DNA of 63,363 nt, the filler included, from Craspedostauros australis (taxonomy: Eukaryota): assembly GCA_030167865.1 (NCBI GenBank). It is 9 parts of 9 records of this genome, joined end to end, with 100 filler letters (N's around TTAATTAATTAA, not from the genome) between each part and the next. Parts side by side here need not be neighbours in the genome. Positions count along the whole stretch, not along the records: positions 27,122 to 33,899 come from JALAGF010002167.1; positions 34,000 to 35,783 come from JALAGF010002169.1; positions 35,884 to 37,552 come from JALAGF010002170.1; positions 37,653 to 39,193 come from JALAGF010002171.1; positions 39,294 to 46,509 come from JALAGF010002172.1; 4 more parts are not named here. One strand, given 5' to 3'. The position numbers and the translations under genes were made by a program. Shown in pieces: positions 31,743 through 42,604 of the stretch; position 1 is the stretch's first letter; each line of letters starts with the position of its first letter. Below the pieces are notes generated by a model. That model saw nothing but the letters and a program-made list of their open reading frames with translations. It ran no database searches and was not told the origin of the DNA.

Positions 31743-33676
31743 GATGAATTGATTGATTGTTGGTTTGGTTGTTGGCTTGATTGGGGTGGATGCTGATTGC
31801 GTTTGTCTTGTGTTGTGTTTTGTCGAGTGATCGAGTTTTGATTTTATGAGGAAAGACAGAGGCGGAGGTTGGTGTTGTTTTCGTGTTGGCGCCACAGCCA
31901 GGTGGTCTCTTGGTGTTGTTTTGTGTTTGTGCTGTGTTCTTTGTCCCACAGAGCCGAACGAGACCAACAAGCACGCTCGGATGAGCGATCGCAAGCCTTT
32001 TCGGTGCCTTCCTCACATAGACCTCTTATTTATCCGCCCTTGCGTTGTGGGCGGGTACTGGTATACGGTACGGCCACAAGCGCCTTGTATGGTAGGCAAC
32101 GCGTCGGAGGAATTTCGTTGCAAAGTGAGCTTTTGGGTTTGACCCAAGAACGAAACCACAAAGCCAGTGGGGGCAGGATAAATAAGTCGCCCATTTGGCA
32201 CGATACGTTAAGTAAGACGCATGTCATGAAGAAATCTGAGGAGGTCTTTGCTGGAAGAATGGTGCTTCCATCGCGCGAACTGAAGTCAGGTACAATGCCA
32301 ACATTTCCCGAAAGGGACCGCTTCAATCCAAGCGATTATGGAGAATTCGTTCCTTTGACAAAGCCGGCTGTTCCGCCGTGATCGAGCGGGCACATTCATC
32401 AGAAAGGTCGAGATCATCACAACACAACATGCAGGCCCTTTGCGAAGGTATTATTTCTGTGCTGCAATGGTCCTGTGGTCATGGCGTACTGGTGGTGGGC
32501 TCGTTGTGCATGTCTTTTGGGAGTCCGCAGAGTGCGGAGTACAGGACAGTGGAGGATGCTGATGTGCCTCTGTTTCACGAATCAAGAACGAGGCACATCT
32601 CCGAACCGTCGTTGCCACCATGTACCTCAGGATCCAGCATTGGCAAGCTACTTTGCCGGCCACGTGAAAACATAGAGTACGTAGAGAGAGAGAGACAGAC
32701 AGACTACCGCGAAGTTGCTCTTCCGATGCAATCTTGCAACACAATGTTCCGAATTGCTCAGGCACTGATGCAAAACAGAAAAAAGAGCCGCGTGGTGTAG
32801 ATAAGACGATTTGGATGGGGAGATCCGTTCTTTTGTAGCACTACACTGGAAGCGAGGCTACTCACTGACTATTGTAAATCGTCAACTCTCCTCGATTCTG
32901 GAACCTTTTCACGCTCTTTGTGCGTTCGTGCGACCACGTGTGTGGGTTGTGGATCATCTTGACGGTTTCGATTGACGTTGTACCTCTGTGGTGGGATCTA
33001 CTTCTGCACATGTGCAGACTTACTCTTGCGATGCGTCGCAACTGACCCCACTCTGCGTACACACTCTTCGTACATCTCTTACCCGAAGATGCGTGGTGTG
33101 CATACCACGCCGTAGAAGAGAGTAGGCGTGGAGTACTTCGCTCTCTGCCCTGCTGGGAGGCGCGGTAATCCCCAGGAATGGCAGCAGTGGCTCCATTGTT
33201 ACATTTTTGGTAAATTTGACAAGGTTGGCCAAGTTGATGTTGGTTTGGATCATTCGTGTAGCTTTCCAAATCGTCTTGGCATTCGCTGCAAGCCCGGAAA
33301 CGGTTGGAGACTCGTTGGCGTTTCACTGAAAAGCACTTTTTCGGGTCACGCATCGATCAGTCACGCCCACTATAGTCAAGCAAGTCATCTCATGCAAACG
33401 CCACGGATAAATAGTACTTCCTTTGTTCCTTTCGAACCTTGCGCGAAGACTCGACAGATTTCTGGGAAATTCGCTTTCGATGAATTGCTTTGGTGCTTCC
33501 GAGTTCGTCCACGCCTCTTTTGCGTCCCGCTCCGGCTTCATGTTCCGTTTTGTGTGTTGTTGCATGATGCATCACAACAACAGGCAGCAGCCTCCTCATC
33601 TCCCTTGCACCACACACATTTACTGTGCATCCTGATGTTGATGCAATCCACGCTATTGAGTTGTCTGTTTGTCTGA

Positions 33677-33783
33677 CTACTAGTAGTAGTATTAGCAGGA
33701 TTATTATGCTTAGTAGTGTATTAGTAGTGGTAGTAGTAGTGCCAGTGGCGGTAGTAGTTGTGGTGGTAGTGATAGTTGTAGTA
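33677..33783. repeat. Degenerate (TAG/TGG)n microsatellite
   Basis: Runs of tagtagtagt. Confidence 0.8.
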
Positions 33784-33999
33784 TGCTTGTCTGTTCAACA
33801 CGACCTCACACACGAGATGATGTCGCGTTGCACGACACGTTTGACGCAAGTGTCAGCAGGAGCGCCTCTGGAACCCAAAAGAAGCCACGCTTCATTCCCN
33901 NNNNNNNNNNNNNNNNNNNNNNNNNNNNNNNNNNNNNNNNNNNTTAATTAATTAANNNNNNNNNNNNNNNNNNNNNNNNNNNNNNNNNNNNNNNNNNNN

Positions 34000-35783
34000 G
34001 ACAGAAAAGGAAGGTCCAAGGCTGGCAGCTACGATGGCGACCTTGGCAGCCTTGGGGATACAAATCCTTCCAGAGTCAGCGGCATGGGCGACTGAGATAG
34101 TCACATTCATGGGAGCAGAGTCAATTCTGGCTCACGCGGCAAGGGCTGGCAAACTCAGAGCGTGCAGTGATGGTCGGTTGCGCTGGGAAACGGGGCGGCC
34201 GGGGCAGGCATGATCAGAGAGCATGAAGGGTTGACAGCGCAAGCCTGGATGGTGTGTCAAGCGCCGTGCGGCAGCGACGTCATGCAGCCACATCAAGCAG
34301 AACTCGCAGGTTTGTACAGCGTGGTGACAACTGTTGCAGTGCTGTGCGCAGCTCACAATGCACTTGAAGGGAAGATCACCATGAGATGCAAAAACATCGG
34401 GGCTCTCAAAGCCCTAGACCCGGAGTGGCAGCTATTGCCACGGTAGTCCGATGCCAATCTTCAACCAGCAGTGCGGAAAAAGTTCAATCAACTGCCATTG
34501 CAAGTAGTGGGCGTCTATGTCAAAGGGCATCAGGACAATGGCAAGGCATGGGAAGATATGGATGAGTGGGCACAGCTCAATGTGGAAGCCGACAAACTGG
34601 CGGGAGCGCACCAGCGCACCATGCAAGGCCAAGCGCCGTACGATGGGATCATAGCAGGAGAGGGGGTGTCCCTCAGGTGGGGCACCAAGACAACCTCTGT
34701 GCGATATTCTCATATCGCGGAGGAAAGTCTGGCCGCGACGATCTCAACGTACTCCGGCAGAGGAAAGCGATACGCGATGCGAAGCAAATCGAGTGGACAA
34801 CGGTGAGTAGGGCAATNGGAGGTCTGGACCGAACGAAGGACACGCTGACTTTAAGTTGGTGGCGGGCGAGGCTGCATTTGGGAGGCGCATGCGCCAGTGG
34901 GGTCATTGGCTGTCCGATACGTGCCCTAGCTGCGGCCACGAAGAAACTGCGGAACACTTTTGGACCTGCAAGGTCGACAGTCGGCGCCAAATCGCGCAAC
35001 AAGGAGTGCAAGGCATGCGGAAATGGATGCTGAAGTACCCCACCAACCCGCGGCTGGCGAGGGCAGTAACATCTCTGCTACGCAGTCAAGCCGACAGCAG
35101 TACATACCTCCTGGTCCCGGACGAAGCGCCATACATAAAGGACCCCACACAACAACAGCTAGCAGCAGGGACGCGGGTACTACAGTTTGGACTATTAAGC
35201 ACGAAGTGGGTGGAACTGCAGGCGCTCTTCCTTGCGTCACAAGGGTCCTGCCGATCGGATGCCAAATGGGCCCCAGAGGTTATACAGAGAATATGGCGCA
35301 TCGCATGGAATCAATGGTTCTCGCGCAATGAAGACATGCATATGAATCAAGCCTCCGCGGAAAGAGCCATGATTTTGGCCATGAAGGAGCGCTCGCAAGC
35401 CATCCTCGGACAGCTACGCCATGACAACAGCGCGCGCAGACATGCCAAATCAATGTATCCAGGCTGCCATGGTCCCGCACCAGGTCTGGAGGTATGGATG
35501 AAGCAGGCAGCAGCCATACTACAGGTGCCCTGTTGCTAGTGGGACATTGTACAAGTGGATAAAGGTGGCCGCGGCCAATGGCTTCCGGACCGCACAGGGG
35601 CGGTCAACGCAGGCGCCAGCACAAAATTAAGGAATGCAGCAGACCCGAGTCCGTGCCCCCTTCGCATGCCACGCGAAGTTAAAAGGAGGCGGAGAAAAGC
35701 GTTGTCAATGCAGCCATAGATAAGGAGCGGTTAATCAGTGGGCTATTTAGTTCTGTACGTTTATCCTCTTCCTGCGATGTATG
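34000..35783 (+). mobile_element. Degenerate non-LTR retrotransposon 3' part (RNase H + zinc knuckle; Ambal-like)
   Basis: LRACSDG, AELAGLYSVV, VKGHQD..AQLNVEADKLA (RNase H). CPSCGHEETAEHFWTC. Frameshifts and stops. Confidence 0.8.
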
Positions 35784-35883
35784 NNNNNNNNNNNNNNNNN
35801 NNNNNNNNNNNNNNNNNNNNNNNNNNNTTAATTAATTAANNNNNNNNNNNNNNNNNNNNNNNNNNNNNNNNNNNNNNNNNNNN

Positions 35884-36770
35884 GTTGAAGATTGGCATCG
35901 GACTACCGTGGCAATAGCTGCCACTCCGGGTCTAGGGCTTTGAGAGCCCCGATGTTTTTGCATCTCATGGTGATCTTCCCTTCAAGTGCATTGTGAGCTG
36001 CGCACAGCACTGCAACAGTTGTCACCACGCTGTACAAACCTGCGAGTTCTGCTTGATGTGGCTGCATGACGTCGCTGCCGCACGGCGCTTGACACACCAT
36101 CCAGGCTTGCGCTGTCAACCCTTCATGCTCTCTGATCATGCCTGCCCCGGCCGCCCCGTTTCCCAGCGCAACCGACCATCACTGCACGCTCTGAGTTTGC
36201 CAGCCCTTGCCGCGTGAGCCAGAATTGACTCTGCTCCCATGAATGTGACTATCTCAGTCGCCCATGCCGCTGACTCTGGAAGGATTTGTATCCCCAAGGC
36301 TGCCAAGGTCGCCATCGTAGCTGCCAGCCTTGGACCTTCCTTTTCTGTCTGTGTCACCACTATTTTCCGTGATATTTGTAGCCGTCCACAAGGTGAGAAC
36401 CCGCCGTCGATAGCTCCTGCACCTCCTGATGCTCCCTCCGCCGTCTTCACCGCAGAGTTCGCCTGTAGTAGACGCCTTCTTGTCCATGGCAGGTGAGCCT
36501 GTCGGTTTCCGGTTCTCACCGGTAGTCTGGTCGGAGCGATGTAAACGTTTGCCACGGTCCCAATGGCGACCACAGTCGCCTCTCTCGCGCCCTTCTCGCC
36601 GGGCATTGCATGATGATCGCTCGCTTCCATTGAGCCCGATCCTGCTGGGTCGGTTGCCCGACTTCCAGCCACTCGATCATGCTGCTTCGCAAGGGGATGA
36701 GTCCAGGACTGGTTGCTTCCTCATGTAATCGATCTCCTTGAACTGATACAATGTCTGACAACCAAACCAC
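35884..36770 (-). mobile_element. Same non-LTR relic; 35884-36349 is the reverse complement of 34000-34465
   Basis: Both 466-bp segments give identical ORF translations, and both abut contig ends. Confidence 0.85.
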
Positions 36771-36963
36771 TGTCGAGATGTACATGCGTGTATATGTCGA
36801 GATGTACGAGTATATGTGCATCGTTCATCCGTTATTCTCTCATACGCACTTGGACGGTATAACTACACTCGTGTCAATAGTATACTGTGATTCGTCAGAA
36901 TTACAGTGGAAATGGAACACACGAAAATGAGCAAGATTTCTGGAGGAAATTTGTAATCGACGA
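36771..36963. repeat. LTR-like terminus shared with ~18797-18989
   Basis: Starts TGTCGAGATGTAC. Colinear reverse-complement similarity over ~190 bp. Confidence 0.75.
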
Positions 36964-37652
36964 ATGATTCTGGCTTGCTTGCGTGCTCAGGACGCGAAGT
37001 GATGCACTCTCAGGCACACAGATGACAGTCTTCTATTGCTTATCTGTTGTTGGTGTATTGCTGATACACTCCGTGTTGTGAACCAGATTGTGACCGCACG
37101 CCATGAATCCAACAAAGACACATGCTCTGTTCGTTTTTTCCCTTTGTGTTGTTTCAGCCACAAACACTCCGCCTCGGTTGCTTATGACTGTACGGTCACA
37201 GAATCTTTGACCAATACGAGCTACACGACTCGTTTGACCCCAAAACTCGCTCTGTCCCCTCGTTGAATTGGCATATGCTGGCTGTATGCCTGACCGCCAT
37301 CTGTGCCTATACAACGCCCCTCATCGTTGTAGTATGCGCGCAGGAAAAACGGCATTTTGCCTCCCAAAAAACCTCGCGCGTTCGCTACCCTTCATGCGAC
37401 TCCCCATGGCTATCTGTTAATACAGAAACCTACACAAAAGCGTCTCCCGTTTTGGGGCCGCCATGGTTTTGGTGAACACATCTGCCAGATTGGTCAGTGT
37501 GTCCTCTTTCGCGACTCTAATGATCCCACTTGCCACAGCTTCCCTGCACCGGNNNNNNNNNNNNNNNNNNNNNNNNNNNNNNNNNNNNNNNNNNNNTTAA
37601 TTAATTAANNNNNNNNNNNNNNNNNNNNNNNNNNNNNNNNNNNNNNNNNNNN

Positions 37653-39193
37653 AAGAAGGGAGAGAATCCGGATCTCTTCTTGACGGACATGGAGGTCCTT
37701 CGCAACCGATTGATCGACCAGGAGGTGATCATCGATGCGGAGCAGTTCAACATGCTCGTGCTCAACGCGCTCTGCCGCGAGTACGAGATGGACGTGAAGC
37801 TGCTCGAACTCAAGTTCCACGGAAAGGAACGAGAGATGACCGTGGGCGACATCCGTGAAGCTGTGAGCCTAACCTACGACCGCCACCATCTCAAACATGG
37901 TTATAAGCGCGCAGGCAACAGCAGCAACGAGGAGCTCGCTCTGTTCGGAGCTGGACAGTTCAAGGGAAACTGTCGCAACTGCGGTGCCTACGGGCACAAG
38001 AAGGCGGACTGTCGTGCGCCAGCCAAGGGAGGCAACAACAAGAGAGGCGGTGGGTCCAAGAAGAAGGGCAACCACGCCGACGCCAAGGGCGGATCCAAGA
38101 AAGGGGGATTCGACGGCAAGTGCAACTACTGCGGAAAGGTAGGGCACAAGATCATCCAATGCTTCAAGCTGAAGGCAGCAATGAAGGAAGCTGAGAGCGC
38201 TAACATGGCGATGGACGGCGACGAAGCGATGGACGATATGGCACTCGTCATCGCAGACGGTAATTTCGTTGAGATTGACGATCTCGACGAGATCGAACTC
38301 GAAAGCGCACTCGAAGAGGATCTCTTTGAAATCATGGAGACGTTCCCTTCGACTGAAGCAGTCGAATCACCAACCAACGAAGGCATCCGCGACCTCATGA
38401 ACGGTGACTTGCTCGAATCAGACGAGAGCATTGGGGACACCGAAATCGCGATGCCAGGCGTCGATATCAACAATGCGCCACCTGCGCAAGATGAGGAAGC
38501 AGCGGGCACTCGGATGAGTAACGCCATCGACTACTTCCTGCGCGACGAAATCGACCGCGTGTGTGAACGCAGCAGGACGGATGCATGGTGTCCAATCTGC
38601 CTCGCGCGTGGAGCGATGTATTCGTGGTGCACAGGATGCACCGAATTCGACGTGCTCAAGATTCGAGCACGTTGGGCGTTCAGAGACATCCCAACAACCA
38701 CGGAACCTGAAAGGATCCGCCGTCGAGCAATCCTGAGCAGGTTCAACTGTTTGGAAGACGCAATCAGAGTCTCTCTATCCAACGTGTTGGCAGCCAACGA
38801 CGTGTGTATCAACGACGCGCTCCTCTGTTTCGATGTGAGGAAGAAGTCCATCGAAGACGGAGCTAACTGCATGGGAGCTCGAGAGCTCTACTATATGCTG
38901 ACTCAAATCGGCTTCAACGGAGCATTCGATGTGTCATGCAAGATTGTGGTCATCAACGAACTGCTCGAAGAGAAAGGGCTACCACTACTTCCCAAACACC
39001 TGATCATGAGGATGAGCAAGATGGCCGCATCAAGGCTCATGTGGATGCACAATTGGGAGGACACCGAAGTACGCGACGGGCTGGAATGTCCAGAACTCCC
39101 CAAGACCAGACCACTTGTGGGAAGTCCTCAACACCAAGTCGAGATGATGGAGCATTTCAATACAGCAAGATTCGGTCACGAGATGGCCATGGT
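37653..39193 (+). mobile_element. Ty1/copia gag fragment with two CCHC knuckles and an extra downstream domain; open at both contig ends
   Basis: GENPDLFLTDMEVLRNRL (gag-like), CRNCGAYGHKKADC and CNYCGKVGHKIIQC, then CPIC..WCTGC. Confidence 0.75.
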
Positions 39194-39293
39194 NNNNNNN
39201 NNNNNNNNNNNNNNNNNNNNNNNNNNNNNNNNNNNNNTTAATTAATTAANNNNNNNNNNNNNNNNNNNNNNNNNNNNNNNNNNNNNNNNNNNN

Positions 39294-39918
39294 TGTCTGC
39301 CTTGGCCTCAGACCGAACAGCGCTGCGACGATCTTGGTCGATGCTGATGTTGGTTGTTGTGTGGATTTTAGGATTGTTGTGCTTGGTTGGTGTTGTGATG
39401 GTGTTTGTGTGTCTTTGCTTGCGCACCTGCATCTCTGTTTGCAGCTGTGTCTGCGGTTGCAAGTTGCGTTGACTGAGATGACCGAGACGCTTCATGATTG
39501 ATCTCATCAACTTGAACTGATTGTTCGCGATGATTAATTCGACGGGTGTTTTGTTGGCGTTGTTTTGGATGTCGATATTGACCTTGGTTGATTCGATGAG
39601 GTACTCGACGCATTCAGACTTGCCGTTGACGCATGCTTTATGAAGGGGAGTGTTGCCAAAGTTGGTTTTGCAGTTGACATCGGCGTTGGTTGATTCGATG
39701 AGGTACTTCACACATTCAGACTTGTCGTAGATGCATGCTATATGAAGGGGAGTGTCGCCATAGTTGTTTTTTACCGTGTTGACATCACGTCCTTCGTTCT
39801 GCTCCTTCCATTCCCTCACCACTGACAGATCACCTGCCTTGGCAGCTCCAAGGAGTTGTTCGTCTGAGACATTCGGCATGTTGGTCGTTGGTTGTTGAGC
39901 TCTTCGCAGAAAACGCAT
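39294..39918 (-). CDS. Ankyrin-repeat protein, 3' truncated by the contig end
   Basis: GDTPLHIAC..ECVKYLIES, GNTPLHKAC..ECVEYLIES (102-bp internal duplication). Possible intron donor CAG/GTGCGC at 39426. Start at 39918 or 39879. Confidence 0.85.
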
Positions 39919-40087
39919 TGCTGGATGATTGCTCAATGTGTTCACGGTACGAGTCGGTCTTATGATGAAGATACTGTCTGTGTTTTTCGATAGTATGAGA
40001 CCCAACCTGCTGCAAGGAACAGGAAGGTCGATGTCTGTCGTTGTCTTGTTCGCACGTTCTGTTTCTCTGTTCCATGATCGCACTCTG

Positions 40088-40340
40088 GGACACTCGGCAA
40101 ATGTATCAACCACGTCAGTATTCGACTAATTCGACCTAATCGCTCTTCTCCTTCAATTCTTCGCTTCGTTCTCCTCTTCGAAGGCCATCGCTGTAAAAAG
40201 TACGTTGGCAAGGATATGTTAAATAATGGCTCTCACTTAAATATCAATGGCATTTCTTCAGGCATACACATGCCGTTTTGATATTTGTTGTTCAAGCTAT
40301 CGAGTCCCGTGAAATATCTCTCCGGAACAAAAAATGGAGG
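40088..40340. repeat. Dispersed non-coding repeat similar to 46610-46860
   Basis: Shared blocks ggacac.cggcaaat, attcgacta, ttgatatttgttgtt.aagctatcgagtcccg, ctctccggaa. Confidence 0.75.
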
Positions 40341-40741
40341 GGTTTGAGTGGCTATGTTTTGGCATGGCCGGCGACTCCAGCCAATCAAATGGCTTGGACT
40401 TTATCATTGGCACGAGCAAGCCATCCCATTGAAGGGTGAATTGAGGGGAGTTTGGGTCATTTCTCCCGAGCTTTGTTGCGCTTGGAGTTCTCATTTGAAA
40501 CCGTGTGACGCAGATGATCTGTTCCGTGTCGGATCGATTCTCGTTGTGGACGCTGACAGAGGCGGCGGGACTGCGTGGTTGGTTTCGCACGAGGATTTGA
40601 ACAACTTTTGTTGGCATACGTACGCAGGACAGACGTCCGCAGCCTCCGCCTCTGAAGAGTGACAACGGAGACAGTCTCCTCCCATAAATCCATCATTAGC
40701 ACACACACACACACACACATCCTCCCGTACAGATACTGACA

Positions 40742-40749
40742 GGTTATGG
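40742..40749 (+). promoter_or_regulatory. Primer-binding site (internal tRNA-iMet type)
   Basis: GGTTATGG directly after the LTR-terminal CA, matching the copia half-tRNA-iMet PBS consensus GGTTATGGG. Confidence 0.65.
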
Positions 40750-40885
40750 CTTGTTTCACGCTTTTGTGACTACATCCTCTCCGTCTCTTCGTGCTCTTCG
40801 TTTCAGGACGTTTCATTCCCTGGCTTCGAGCTGTATGCCCTCTCGTCACCCTCTCTTCGCTCCGCACTTCGTTCCTCTCTCTACC

Positions 40886-42604
40886 ATGGCTTCCGCTGAA
40901 GACAACGCTCCGCCCGCTGCGACGGTGTCCACCGCTCAAACCATCTCTCTCCGCCTCGGGTGGAAGTGGTTCCCGGATGACATGGCCGATCTTCAGGTGC
41001 GCTCGGATGAGGAACTCTACGACCTCCTCTGCGCGCCTGATGATGGCTTCCACGAGTGCCTCTGCGCATGGTCCGCCAAGAGTCCGCTTCATGTGCGACA
41101 CTTGTGGCGGCTCCGCGCGTGGTACCTGAAGACTGGCGAAGACGACGAGCATTGGGCGACCAGCCTCTCGGCGCGCGAGTTCCGTCCATTCATGCGCCTC
41201 GAGAATCCGATCCCTTCCGCCTTCCGCTCCGTGCCCTCGTCGGTGGCCTCCGTCGCTTCGCGCCGTGATGAACGCAGCCCTGGTGCGGACGACGCGGTCG
41301 TTGACATTTCCAAGGTTCGCGATCCTGCTGATGAGCCGCCGCCTGACGATGCTCGTGGGTCTGGCAATGGTGGTGCTCCTGGCGTTGGTGCTCCTTCTAC
41401 TGCACCTGCCGTGGACTCTCGCACTCTACCACCTGCCGATTTCACGACTCCTCGTCTCCCGGCGGAGGACTTCGACTACGTCACTGACTCTGGAGTCGAC
41501 TACTCTGTGGCCAACGCCAGCCCTGCGTTCCGGCGGCACCGTACCTACGAGGTCCCGCCCGCTCTTGAGCGTCTGGACTACGGTGTTCGTCAGGCCTGGG
41601 ACAAGTGGCGCCTGCCCCTCAAGGATGACTCGCCCACCGCGATCTTCAACTGGTATGGCCAGTTCCAGGCTGCTGCTGCACGTGCGGACTTGCACTCTTG
41701 CCCGCTGAGTTCGTTCCAGCCATCCTCTTCTGTCATTCCTCGCAATGCCCACGGTCACCGTGTCTTTGCCATGAATGACCAGCTGGTGGTGAAGCTGCAG
41801 GCCGACGGCGTCATCAACATGGAGCATGCCGCGCTACGCCTGAAGTACACCAGCAGCATCGGCATCATGCCGCACCGGCTTTCCGCGTACGTCTTCATCC
41901 ATACACTGCTCTCCGGCGCGTATGATGCCGTCCAATCGCAGGTCCACAAGGCTCCAGCTTTTCAAGGATCCGTTGCGACGTACGCTGAACAGCTGCTCAG
42001 CTTCCAGCTTGTGGAGGGCCTCGTGTTTCGCCGACACATCTCCCAGCTGGAGCTCACGCGCCACTTCCTTGAGGAACTTCGTGGCCATGGGTACGAACTG
42101 GGGCACTTCCATACTGCCGTCCGTGGCGTTGCCGTGCCCAAGGACCTTCCCATCAATCTACGCGTGGAGCAACTTGGGCAGGAAATTGCGGATCTCCCCC
42201 AGCAGCCTGCTCGAGGTGTCGCGCATCGTGTCAACACGCGCAGTCAAGGACGCGGTGGCGGTGGTGGCCGAGGCCAACGTCCCGAGAGGCGCCAGCACGC
42301 CTTTTCCAAGCCGGTGCCTGGTGCCTTCTGTGAGGCCTGCTGCAACATGGGTCACACCAAGGACACGTGCAAGACTTTTGGGCGCCATGCGCACATGAAC
42401 GCATATGCTGCGTCACATTCGGAATATGCTGACGCCATGCGTGACAAGTTCCGCGGGCACTTCACCAAGCAGACCTTCACGGCCAACGCTCGGGCCATCC
42501 AGCGCTACAGCGGGGATGAACATGAGTCCATTGCCAACCTCGTGGTGTCCGATGAAGTGCTCGAATCCGTTGACCAGGATTTTTGGTCTGCCGGCCAGGA
42601 GTAA
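40886..42604 (+). CDS. gag: Copia Gag
   Basis: Long ORF from accATGG with zinc knuckle CEACCNMGHTKDTC; TAA at 42602-42604. Confidence 0.85.
   Translation: MASAEDNAPPAATVSTAQTISLRLGWKWFPDDMADLQVRSDEELYDLLCAPDDGFHECLCAWSAKSPLHVRHLWRLRAWYLKTGEDDEHWATSLSAREFRPFMRLENPIPSAFRSVPSSVASVASRRDERSPGADDAVVDISKVRDPADEPPPDDARGSGNGGAPGVGAPSTAPAVDSRTLPPADFTTPRLPAEDFDYVTDSGVDYSVANASPAFRRHRTYEVPPALERLDYGVRQAWDKWRLPLKDDSPTAIFNWYGQFQAAAARADLHSCPLSSFQPSSSVIPRNAHGHRVFAMNDQLVVKLQADGVINMEHAALRLKYTSSIGIMPHRLSAYVFIHTLLSGAYDAVQSQVHKAPAFQGSVATYAEQLLSFQLVEGLVFRRHISQLELTRHFLEELRGHGYELGHFHTAVRGVAVPKDLPINLRVEQLGQEIADLPQQPARGVAHRVNTRSQGRGGGGGRGQRPERRQHAFSKPVPGAFCEACCNMGHTKDTCKTFGRHAHMNAYAASHSEYADAMRDKFRGHFTKQTFTANARAIQRYSGDEHESIANLVVSDEVLESVDQDFWSAGQE

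Noticed and set aside
34000..36349. 466-bp inverted repeat suggesting a large foldback element
   Set aside because: The two arms are on different contigs and each abuts a contig end. An unmerged overlap or repeat copy is the simplest explanation.
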